Shown: positions 11,038-19,656, counted from the stretch's first letter. The stretch: DNA of 64,000 bases from Spirochaetota bacterium (GCA_963664815.2 CAXXHB010000003.1:3040001-3104000); one strand, 5' to 3'. The notes: a model not told the origin generated them from the sequence alone. Program-made: numbers and translations.

Positions 11038-11651
11038 AAATAAAATATTCTCCTTCAATTCTTTTTAAAAATTATACGTTTGTAAACTAGTAGCTTTCCT
11101 CTAACAAATATTACAAACATACAATAAAATACGTATCTCCATTATTTCTTCTTCCAAAATAAATTACTGGCTACATAGACTTTTCACTTACTCCTTTCAG
11201 AATTAAAAACGAAGCTTAACAACGAATCCATTATAAAGTTCTTAGGTTTGAAATATTAGCTTTATCAATATTTAATAAAGATCTTACAATTCGAGAGAAA
11301 TCATTCCTAATAAAATATCACCATATTACATTTCCATTCATTCGACACTTAGCATTATTTTAAATAATTTATAAATATTTTTATATATTATTAACTTATA
11401 GTTTCATACTTTCAAATTCTGCCTCTCCTGCATTTAAAATCATCAGTTTTTTACTCATTCCGTTTGCTATCAGAATATATCTACAAATCAAGTTTAATAT
11501 ATAGTTTATCTTCCACAGACTATCTCTCAACTTCGCGACATAACTATACAGGGACAACATATTCCCCTTTTATATATTAAAATTTTTGTATTTATTTTTC
11601 GTGGCGATATTTCCAATATTTTTTCATCAATTAAATAAATGAATAAAAAAT

Positions 11652-12830
11652 TTACTTAATAACTTTTTTCAGATCAGCGGCCTTATCGGTCTTCTCCCAT
11701 GGGAAAACATCCCTTCCAAAATGGCCATATGCGGCAGTATTATGGTAACACCACCCTTTCGGATGAGTTAAACCTAAAGATTTGATCAGCACAGCCGGCC
11801 TGAAACAGAATATCTCCTCCGACTCAAGTACCTGCTGAATTTTAGCTTCATCAACTTTTGCAGTCCCGAAAGTACTGATGTTTATACTCAGCGGTTTGGC
11901 AACACCGATAGCATAAGCAACCTGAATTTCGCATTTGTCGGCAAGTCCGGCAGCAACAATGTTTTTTGCAGCATACCTGGCATAATAGGCAGCTGACCTG
12001 TCCACCTTGGAAGGATCTTTGCCTGAAAAGGCTCCACCTCCATGACAGCCGACACCGCCATATGAATCTACAATGATTTTACGTCCGGTAAGACCGGCAT
12101 CACCATGAGGCCCGCCGATTACAAATTTTCCCGTGGGATTTATAAAATATTCTGTTTTATCAGTAAGCAGACCTGTATGTGACAATGTATCTTTTACAAC
12201 TTCAATAAGATCTTTTCTGATTTTGTCTAATGGTACTTCATCAGTCTGATGTGAAATAACTACGGAGGTGATTTCAACAGGTATCCCATTTACATGCCTT
12301 ACCGATACCTGCGACTTGGAATCGGGGCGAAGATAAGAGATCGCTTTTTTCTTCCTTATCTCCTGCAGTCTGTTTAGAAGTTTATGACTGTAAAGTATTG
12401 GTGCAGGCATCAATTCCGGAGTTGAATTGGTTGCATATCCGAACATCATTCCCTGATCACCCGCCCCCTGTTCATGCCCGTCATATTCATCAACACCCAT
12501 GGCAATGTCAGCAGACTGGCCATGTATTCTGCACATATATTCAAAAGTATCAGAACAAAACTCATATTCAGGTTTATCATAACCTATATTTTTTACTACA
12601 TTTCTTGCTATTTCTTCCGGATTAATCTTATTCCAGCCGTCACATGTTATTTCCCCGATATTTATTACAAAATTTGTTGATGCTGCTGTTTCGCATGCAA
12701 CACGGCTTTTAGGATCATGTTTAAGACATTCATCAAGTATTGCATCAGAAATCAGATCACAGAGCTTGTCAGGATGTCCTTCACTTACAGATTCTGATGT
12801 AAAAATATGATCAACTATCAATTTGCTCAT
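11652..12830 (-). CDS. metK: S-adenosylmethionine synthetase
   Basis: FTSESVSEGHPDK, GAGDQG, GGGAFSGKDPSKVDRSA. Confidence 0.98.
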   Translation of the reverse strand: MSKLIVDHIFTSESVSEGHPDKLCDLISDAILDECLKHDPKSRVACETAASTNFVINIGEITCDGWNKINPEEIARNVVKNIGYDKPEYEFCSDTFEYMCRIHGQSADIAMGVDEYDGHEQGAGDQGMMFGYATNSTPELMPAPILYSHKLLNRLQEIRKKKAISYLRPDSKSQVSVRHVNGIPVEITSVVISHQTDEVPLDKIRKDLIEVVKDTLSHTGLLTDKTEYFINPTGKFVIGGPHGDAGLTGRKIIVDSYGGVGCHGGGAFSGKDPSKVDRSAAYYARYAAKNIVAAGLADKCEIQVAYAIGVAKPLSINISTFGTAKVDEAKIQQVLESEEIFCFRPAVLIKSLGLTHPKGWCYHNTAAYGHFGRDVFPWEKTDKAADLKKVIK

Positions 12831-12861
12831 TATTTATTCCTTTTTATATAGATATTAAAAA

Positions 12862-13203
12862 TTATAACTGCTCAACCTCGCGTCTCAGTTCCTCTATCTC
12901 AATCTGCATCTTTATAAATTCCGCTTCCTTTCTCTTTAAAAAATCAGCGGTTATTTTACACTTTTCACTTATACCTTTCGGTGTTAAAACATATCTGTAA
13001 CTAAGCTTATTATCACTTTTAGAAAAATTTTCAATTTTTATAAGACCCTTTTCTGTAAGAGATTTAAGAAGATAATTCACCTTTCCAAGACTATATCCAA
13101 GCTTCCCAGCAAAATCACGCTGAGTCGATATATTAGCCTTTTCAATCTCTTTAAATATTGTATAGGTATCCTCGAGGGAGATATTTTCAATATTTTTGTT
13201 CAC
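12862..13203 (-). CDS. EPS-associated MarR-family transcriptional regulator (copy 2)
   Basis: TQRDFAGKLGYSLGKVNY...YRYVLTPKG; paralogue of 9420-9749. Confidence 0.9.
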   Translation of the reverse strand: MNKNIENISLEDTYTIFKEIEKANISTQRDFAGKLGYSLGKVNYLLKSLTEKGLIKIENFSKSDNKLSYRYVLTPKGISEKCKITADFLKRKEAEFIKMQIEIEELRREVEQL

Positions 13204-13239
13204 TTGTTGAACAGTAGGTTAGTATGTTTTATTTGTCAA
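13197..13239 (-). promoter_or_regulatory. sigma70 promoter with palindromic operator; probable leaderless mRNA
   Basis: Minus strand: TTGACA-17 nt-TACTGT-7 nt-GTG start; TGTTCAacaagTGAACA overlaps the -10 box and the start codon. Confidence 0.65.
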
Positions 13240-13336
13240 GCAGGAATGCTCTCAAAGTACACTGGCTTGCCAAAAATCCTTTATACTTACATAATATTTA
13301 AATAACCATATACTATTCATTTCTATTCTCTCCCCT

Positions 13337-14272
13337 GTCATTCCTGTGCATACAGGAATCTGTTTCTGATAAATACACTTTTACTACCCTATACAGATTC
13401 CGGCTCTGCGCTTCACTTCGGCCGGAATGACTGCGTTGGATTTCATCTTTTTATTCTCTCCAATTCACTCCCCCTGTCATTCCTGTGCATACAGGAATCT
13501 GTTTCTGATAAATACACTTTTACTACCCTATACAGATTCCGGCTCTGCGCTTCACTTCGGCCGGAATGACTGCGTTGGATTTCATCTTTTTATTCTCTCC
13601 AATTCACTCCCCCTGTCATTCCTGTGCATACAGGAATCTGTGCATGATAAATACTCTTTTACTACCCTATACAGATTCCGGTACTACGCTTCACTTCGGC
13701 CGGAATGACAGGGGGATACTATATAATTCTTTCATATAAATCAATCCAGTCAGGATTCATCTCTTCTATAACATTCTCTTTATACTCTCTCTTCCATTTT
13801 TTCATCTGTTTCTCTTTAATAATTGCACTCTCAATACTTTCTGTCTGTTGATACCAGACCAGTTTAATACAATTATACCTTTGAGTAAACCCCTGATTGA
13901 TCTTACTCTTATGTTCAAAGATCCTGCGTTTCAAATCGTTTGTAACGCCAATATATAATACTGTATTAAATGGATTGCTCATTATATAAACATAATACAG
14001 GCTATTCACTTTTTTCACTCATCTGTCATTTCTGTGAATACTACGACTCTATCTCAGTACAGGTACAGGAATCTGTCTCTGGCAATTACTCTTATGCTAA
14101 CCTATACAGATTCCGGTACTCCGCTTTGCTTCGACCGGAATGACAGTTTTGGACTTCATCTTTTTATTCTCTCCACCGTCATTCCTGTGCATACAGGAAT
14201 CTGTTTCTGATAAATACTCTTTTACTATCCTCTACAGATTCCGGCTCTACGCTTCACTTCGGCCGGAATGAC
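13337..14272. repeat. Five co-oriented 95-bp double-hairpin palindromic repeats (GTCATTCC...GGAATGAC) flanking a GIY-YIG gene
   Basis: Copies at 13337-13431, 13476-13570, 13615-13709 (139-bp period), 14025-14144 (carries a 25-bp insert) and 14178-14272. Confidence 0.95.
13719..14018 (-). CDS. Small stand-alone GIY-YIG nuclease
   Basis: YYVYIM...LYIGVTNDLKRRIFEHK, KEKQMKKWKR, NPDWIDL; 99 aa. Confidence 0.92.
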   Translation of the reverse strand: MKKVNSLYYVYIMSNPFNTVLYIGVTNDLKRRIFEHKSKINQGFTQRYNCIKLVWYQQTESIESAIIKEKQMKKWKREYKENVIEEMNPDWIDLYERII

Positions 14273-14318
14273 AGTGTTGGGCTTCATACTCTGCTTCAGC
14301 CGAAGTGACTTCAGTAAA

Positions 14319-15278
14319 CTACACAATTTCATTCCAGTATTTAATTATATCCTTAAGGCTTTTATTCAAATCTATCTTACTGTCCCATCCGGTAGCTTTT
14401 TTCAGTTTTTCGTTAGTCCCGATAATAATTTTATTGTCATTAGGCCTTATAAGGTTATGGTCAGTCTCCAGTTCTATCTTCAGATCAAGAATACCGCACA
14501 TCATCTCTATTACTTCACTAAGAGAAATACCCCTGCCACTGCAGATATTGTAAACCTCACCCTTAACACCACCGGTAAAAAGCCTGTAATATGCTCCGAC
14601 AACATCTCTTACATCAAGAAAGTCCCTTACAACCGAAATATCCCCGGTTATGAGTTTTTTATCTTTTTTTACCCCTTTTTTAATTTCAACAAGCTGCTTG
14701 GCAAATGATGAGATAACAAAGATATCTTTCTGCCCCGGCCCCAGGTGATTAAATGAACGTGTCATGACAATATCAAGACCGAAGCCGTCGCTGTATACTT
14801 TTGAAAGATTCTCCTGAGATACGCGGGCAACAGCATATGGACTTACAGGAGCCAGAGGATATTCCTCTCTTAACGGCAGATTCAGTTCATTCACATTTCC
14901 ATATTCTTCGGATGAACCGACTGACAGCACCCTGCAGTATGGAGAGACCTCCCTTATTATCTCCATAAGGTTTAAAAAAATATCCATATTATTCCTGAAG
15001 GAGAGTGACGGATTCTTCCAGCTGAAACCTACGCTGCTGTATGATGCCAGGTGCAGAATATACTCCGGCTGGAAGGTATAAATTATATTTTCAAGTATTC
15101 CATTATTGAGAAGATCAACCTGTTCAAACCTGACATTTGAATGAATTTTATCTTTATAATCAAAACATGGTGTATTAATATCTATGCCGAGTACATTGGA
15201 TTTTATTTTATTCATTTCAAGAAAATCTATAAAGTGCCGTGCCACGAATCCTGAAAAACCTGTGATAATTATCCGCAT
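14319..15278 (-). CDS. GDP-4-keto-6-deoxy-mannose reductase / extended SDR (Rmd-like)
   Basis: ITGFSGFV, GSSEEYG, SPYAVAR, RSFNHLGPGQ, RDFLDVRD. Start set at MRIIITG (15278), behind AGGAG. Confidence 0.8.
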   Translation of the reverse strand: MRIIITGFSGFVARHFIDFLEMNKIKSNVLGIDINTPCFDYKDKIHSNVRFEQVDLLNNGILENIIYTFQPEYILHLASYSSVGFSWKNPSLSFRNNMDIFLNLMEIIREVSPYCRVLSVGSSEEYGNVNELNLPLREEYPLAPVSPYAVARVSQENLSKVYSDGFGLDIVMTRSFNHLGPGQKDIFVISSFAKQLVEIKKGVKKDKKLITGDISVVRDFLDVRDVVGAYYRLFTGGVKGEVYNICSGRGISLSEVIEMMCGILDLKIELETDHNLIRPNDNKIIIGTNEKLKKATGWDSKIDLNKSLKDIIKYWNEIV

Positions 15279-15357
15279 ATTATATCCTGCTCCTTTTAAA
15301 ATCCGGAAGTAGAAAAAGATAAGCCCGCAGCAGCATTCCTTCAACTCTCCTAAATCC

Positions 15358-15651
15358 TCAAATCTCTCCGCCAACCCTTAATATATGCTTGCGAAGCTCT
15401 TCACTGGAAATACAGTTCATGTCAATTAAATCAATTTTGTAGGGGAGCATAAGATCATCCAGATTTGCCCTTATACTGTTTAATTCGCCAAATGACAGAT
15501 CATCAGCCTCAACGCATAAATCAATATCGGAGCCATCTTTATAATTACCCCTGGCCCTTGATCCGTAAATCAGAATCCTCCTGATCTTTGGGTTTGATTT
15601 AATAACACCGGAAATTTTCGCCAGATGATTTTCTTTCAGTCCATATTTCAT
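15358..15651 (-). CDS. MNT nucleotidyltransferase antitoxin (MntA-like)
   Basis: YGSRARGNYKDGSDID matches GSx10DxD; 97 aa; coupled to a HEPN gene. Confidence 0.9.
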   Translation of the reverse strand: MKYGLKENHLAKISGVIKSNPKIRRILIYGSRARGNYKDGSDIDLCVEADDLSFGELNSIRANLDDLMLPYKIDLIDMNCISSEELRKHILRVGGEI

Positions 15652-15652
15652 T

Positions 15653-16078
15653 TTACAGACCTTTCAGTTGCTTCTCTTTTATATTTAACATGGTTTTTTC
15701 AAACCCGGAGAAAAGCGGCGCATAAAGGGCTGCAATATCTTTAACTACCTGTTCTATAATCGACTGATCATAAGCATGAGAAGTGAGATTCCTTACCTGT
15801 ATCATCTGCATCCATACTTCACCATCTGAGATCAGCGATACCCTGAATGCCTCACGCGTTGCATCTCTCGATCCCCTTATCTCTGTATTACCCTGATATT
15901 CAAGATAATCTTTCATGCAGTTCCATGCGAGTTCATGAGTATACTCAAAAGACTGAATAACACCCTGCTTTTCAAGATCACTTAGATCCCTGCTGTTGAA
16001 TAAATCCACTGCTGACAAAAACTGTGATAAAGCTTTTGAGTAATTTGAAAGACGCTGAATCCATCTTATGTCATCCAT
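15653..16078 (-). CDS. HEPN toxin, HI0074-type nucleotidyltransferase substrate-binding family
   Basis: IQSFEYTHELAW; RNLTSHAY is an Rx4H RNase motif followed by Tyr. Confidence 0.9.
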   Translation of the reverse strand: MDDIRWIQRLSNYSKALSQFLSAVDLFNSRDLSDLEKQGVIQSFEYTHELAWNCMKDYLEYQGNTEIRGSRDATREAFRVSLISDGEVWMQMIQVRNLTSHAYDQSIIEQVVKDIAALYAPLFSGFEKTMLNIKEKQLKGL

Positions 16079-16143
16079 TTTTTTACCGATAATTTAATTT
16101 AAACATTTTTTTTAAATTTCATCTGAAAATTTTATATATCAGA

Positions 16144-16196
16144 TTAATAACAGATACCGGAATGAACGTCAAGTTAAATTCCTGCTCTTTAAAATC
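16144..16196 (-). promoter_or_regulatory. sigma70 promoter of the HEPN-MNT operon (block shared with 19387-19439)
   Basis: TTGACG-17 nt-TATTAA; the flanking ~35-bp block is nearly identical to 19405-19439. Confidence 0.7.
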
Positions 16197-16305
16197 GGGG
16201 GGAGAATAAATCTGAGTGCAGATGGCAAAATACATTTAATTATTTTACCGCCCGCTTCGCTCGATAGACACAGATGAAATCGGATGGACACAGATTAAAA
16301 AAGCT

Positions 16306-17001
16306 TCAGAGACACAAAGAGTTATCTTTACCGCGAAGCAGATCATATACTATTCTTTCAATATCCGACATAAACTCGTCCCATGATGGTTGTTCTATCC
16401 ATTTTACAGCATCAAATCTGTCTTTTGGTATACTCTTCAAAAGACCGGCCAGCACATAAGGATCCAGGCCCATCTCCTTCTCCCGGGCTTCATTAAGTAT
16501 TCTGTCCCAGTTAAACTTCCTGTTTTCTGCTATAACCCATATATCCGCAAAATCCTTTGCCTCAAGGCGGAGCAGGGCGCAGAGTTTGTTTGACAGGATA
16601 TTACTCCAGTCATCAGTTCTGTAATATACATCTGTCTCTGTAATGGCTCCGAATCGTTTTGCCACATCATTCACAAAATCAATCTTCAGCCTGACTTCAG
16701 GATACAACCGGGATTCAAGAAACAGTGATATGAAATCCTCTGAAATCAGAAAATCTCCGGAAGAAATAACATAACCGGAAGACTGAAAAGCTGACATCAC
16801 TTTATCCGTCTGGCTTCTGAATTCAGAATCATTCTCAATAAAAAAATCGAGGTCGTCAGAAAAACGATGATTAAAGTAACCTCTGCTTAGAGCTGTACCA
16901 CCTGTCAGAAAAAACCGTACTTCTGAGCTTCTCACGCAGTTCAGGACTCCATTCTGGAAAGGATAAAGGCTCTCCACGTAAAATTTTTTCCAGTCGTTCA
17001 A
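16306..17001 (-). CDS. AbiEii/AbiGii-family nucleotidyltransferase toxin
   Basis: FFLTGGTALSRGYFNHRFSDDLDFF, NKLCAL, KDFAD. Likely TTG start at 17001 behind AGGAGG; the ORF-track start 17175 looks over-extended. Confidence 0.85.
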   Translation of the reverse strand: MNDWKKFYVESLYPFQNGVLNCVRSSEVRFFLTGGTALSRGYFNHRFSDDLDFFIENDSEFRSQTDKVMSAFQSSGYVISSGDFLISEDFISLFLESRLYPEVRLKIDFVNDVAKRFGAITETDVYYRTDDWSNILSNKLCALLRLEAKDFADIWVIAENRKFNWDRILNEAREKEMGLDPYVLAGLLKSIPKDRFDAVKWIEQPSWDEFMSDIERIVYDLLRGKDNSLCL

Positions 17002-17272
17002 GCTGTTCCCTCCTGCTTTTAATCCATACTTTTCCGATTGTCTCGGCATTAAGCATTTTTTCTGATAATTCCACACCCCATAAACCCGCAATGCGATGCC
17101 ACGGCATCCGTTCAAGACACCGGACAAATAACTGAACCCTGTCGAAAGGACCCGCAGATTCCCGTCGCCCCTCAATTACATCAAGAAGCTCAATAGTTTC
17201 TATACTGTAATCCCAGTTTAATCCCTTAAGAATATTCAGCTTATCTTCTTTCGAGTACATCATCAAAACCAT
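16871..17272 (-). CDS. Putative antitoxin partner of the AbiEii-like toxin
   Basis: Small upstream gene with an LNWDY motif, overlapping the toxin 5' end. Confidence 0.65.
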   Translation of the reverse strand: MVLMMYSKEDKLNILKGLNWDYSIETIELLDVIEGRRESAGPFDRVQLFVRCLERMPWHRIAGLWGVELSEKMLNAETIGKVWIKSRREQLERLEKILRGEPLSFPEWSPELREKLRSTVFSDRWYSSKQRLL

Positions 17273-17431
17273 TCCCGGTTGTTGTCATACTAAAACACAC
17301 TTGAATAATACAAATATAATAAATTCTTTTGTCAATATACAATTACCCATATCATCCGGTTTTTTCAGAACCTGTATTGAATGAGACGGACCAGCCGCAT
17401 TTTAAAGCAAACTGAAATCCTCGCTTCAGTC

Positions 17432-17529
17432 TTTGAACACGATTTAAGGATTAAAGGATTTACACGATTCAGAAGGAGTATACTTCCACTAAATCCATAT
17501 AATCGTTTAATCCCGTAATCGTGTTCAGA
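17432..17529. repeat. 98-bp GATT-periodic imperfect palindrome, copy 1
   Basis: TGAACACGATT...AATCGTGTTCA ends with four GATT on the left arm mirrored by four AATC on the right. Confidence 0.93.
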
Positions 17530-17665
17530 CAGTAAAACAGTAATTTAAACTTTTCTAACCCTACAAAATAAAAATTTTTCCATAAACCCCGGCTCCATCG
17601 TATTAATGAAAAGATCCGGTCAGTAATATAAAATCCATTTTTATTATATAAATTTCGGGGGTACT

Positions 17666-18631
17666 ATGAATAAAAAAACTGTTTTATTCTCTGTAATAAT
17701 CTTTGCTGCATCACTCATCGTTTGTTATAATGGCTGCGGCAGTAATAAAAGTTCAGATGATGCAGCAGAACCGGCAGGTGAGCAAACTGCTGCTGACGAA
17801 CCGGATACAGACGATAATAATGTTATACCCGGGCTCAGCTCGCTGATTGTTTCAACCGGTTCCATTACCCCGGATTTCAGCTTTGATATTTATCATTACG
17901 AGGTTTCGCTCACATCTGAAGTTTCTGAACTTGTCCTGACAACTGTACCCTCTGCCGGCTGTTCTGTTGAAATAGACAATACGCCAGTCACGTCAGAAGA
18001 TTTTCACTCTGTTATCTCCATAAGCAGCTCTGTAACTGAAACCACAGTTCTTGTGAATAATGAAAATGATGACGAAATTTCATATTCGTTATTATTTAAA
18101 AGGATGGAGGAAAAGCATATATCTAATTCATCTTTTGAAGTATTCAATACAACCAATAACCCGATAGCATGGGAAGTATCAGGTTCGGGAGAGGTAAAGT
18201 CTTCTTCTGCTTTTTTTCATACAGGATCATACTCCGGAACATTCACCACTCTCACCGGGAGTATAAGCGGACGGGAGTTACTCAGCCTGCCGATTGAGAT
18301 TGAACAGGGGAAAAGGATTATTGTATCCGCATGGTTCTGCATAGATTACATTGAGGGACTGTCACCGGAGAGGGATAACATGAGCCTTAAACTCTATTAT
18401 TTCGCAGATGAAACATGCGGATACCCGGCTGCAATCAAATTCAGCACCATGGCGAAAACATTTCTGAGCGTACAGGGAAGCTGGGAAAAAATAAAATATG
18501 AGCTGAGCCCCGAAAAGCTGCCGGAAGATGCTCATTTTGTACGTATCGGGCTGCGGGTCTGTTACGATAAAAACAATGGAGGAACCAGAAACGACAGAAT
18601 ATTCTTTGACGATATATCCCTTCAGCAATAA
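17666..18631 (+). CDS. Lipoprotein with cadherin-like beta-sandwich and CBM-like domains
   Basis: Basic and hydrophobic signal ending NGC; acidic linker; LSSLIVSTGSITPDFS..YHY; ISNSSFE...FFDDISL jelly-roll pattern. Confidence 0.7.
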   Translation: MNKKTVLFSVIIFAASLIVCYNGCGSNKSSDDAAEPAGEQTAADEPDTDDNNVIPGLSSLIVSTGSITPDFSFDIYHYEVSLTSEVSELVLTTVPSAGCSVEIDNTPVTSEDFHSVISISSSVTETTVLVNNENDDEISYSLLFKRMEEKHISNSSFEVFNTTNNPIAWEVSGSGEVKSSSAFFHTGSYSGTFTTLTGSISGRELLSLPIEIEQGKRIIVSAWFCIDYIEGLSPERDNMSLKLYYFADETCGYPAAIKFSTMAKTFLSVQGSWEKIKYELSPEKLPEDAHFVRIGLRVCYDKNNGGTRNDRIFFDDISLQQ

Positions 18632-18659
18632 AGAGAGTACACCCTCTGTTTATTGCTGT

Positions 18660-19049
18660 TTAATTTATTATATCATTGACTTTCATATAAATACTTTTCG
18701 CAAATTCATAAAAAACTTTAGCATCTTCAATATCCGGTTTACCATTCGGAAGCAATCCCATATCTCCAGGGTATCGGGATTCGATGTAAAGCCTGTTCAA
18801 TGTATCAAGAATATCATCATCTATTATCTCCATAAAAGCTGATACCTGTTTTTTCAGTAATATCAGATCATGCTTTTTAGGTATATTGCATTTGTTATAC
18901 TCAAGAATAGCTTTGAGTGATTTTTCCACGGTCTGTTGAGCATGAAAAGCAACTATATGTGTAAAATATTCATTATAAATTATTTCTTCAATCAGAATTA
19001 AATCATCATACGCAGATTTAAGCCATTCAAGTGCCATTTTTTTATTCAT
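18660..19049 (-). CDS. HEPN domain protein
   Basis: FHAQQTVEKSLKA, KHDL, YIESRYPG. Confidence 0.9.
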   Translation of the reverse strand: MNKKMALEWLKSAYDDLILIEEIIYNEYFTHIVAFHAQQTVEKSLKAILEYNKCNIPKKHDLILLKKQVSAFMEIIDDDILDTLNRLYIESRYPGDMGLLPNGKPDIEDAKVFYEFAKSIYMKVNDIIN

Positions 19050-19378
19050 AGCAATAATATCCCATTTCGGGTTAATTCTCTTGAAAAATAACTATCCATC
19101 TCAATGAATTCCTGATTCATTTTTTTCGTATGGACAATCAAATCGACAGGTATTTCTGATCTGATAATTCTTATCTGCCTTGAAACTTTTAAATATATTT
19201 CATTTTTTTCACGCCAGTTGCATGGTATAAAATCATCTTTTGTTACTACATATAAATCTATATCACTCTCTTCTGTTGGATTGCCATTTGCATAACTTCC
19301 GAACAATATTACTTTGTAAGGATCCAATGGTTCAAGGGCTTCAATAATTCTTTTTTTAATATCATCTGAAAGCTTCAT
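19046..19378 (-). CDS. MNT nucleotidyltransferase
   Basis: FGSYANGNPTEESDID matches GSx10DxD; ATGA overlap with the HEPN gene. Confidence 0.9.
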   Translation of the reverse strand: MKLSDDIKKRIIEALEPLDPYKVILFGSYANGNPTEESDIDLYVVTKDDFIPCNWREKNEIYLKVSRQIRIIRSEIPVDLIVHTKKMNQEFIEMDSYFSRELTRNGILLL

Positions 19379-19386
19379 ATATCAAG

Positions 19387-19439
19387 TTAATAGCAGATAA
19401 TACTATGAACGTCAAGTTAAATTCCAGCTATTTAAAATC
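19387..19439 (-). promoter_or_regulatory. sigma70 promoter of the MNT-HEPN operon; probable leaderless mRNA
   Basis: TTGACG-17 nt-TATTAA-8 nt-ATG, with no Shine-Dalgarno. Confidence 0.7.
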
Positions 19440-19511
19440 ATTCAGTATTTATGAAATTAAGAGTCTAAAAATAATATCAGATCGTTTTGCCACTTCTTCA
19501 TTAAAACAATC

Positions 19512-19609
19512 TTTGAACACGATTTTAGAATTATTGGATTTACACGATTCAGAAGGAGTACCCTTTTACCAAATTCATATAATCATTTAATCCCGTAATC
19601 GTGTTCAGA
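19512..19609. repeat. 98-bp GATT-periodic palindrome, copy 2
   Basis: Same length, ends and orientation as copy 1. Confidence 0.93.
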
Positions 19610-19656
19610 CAGTAAAATAACTCAGTATATATGCAGTAAAAATTTTAAACAATATT

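Noticed and set aside
13337-13709. CRISPR array, or real ORF 13427-13708
   Set aside because: The inter-repeat segments are identical rather than unique, the units are too long, and the ORF only translates the repeat.
15279-15374. N-terminal extensions in the ORF track (also 3955-4002, 17002-17175, 57363-57482)
   Set aside because: Family motifs, RBS positions and gene overlaps all point to downstream starts.
19405-19590. 61-aa plus-strand ORF
   Set aside because: It overlaps the TA promoter block and palindrome copy 2; most likely spurious.
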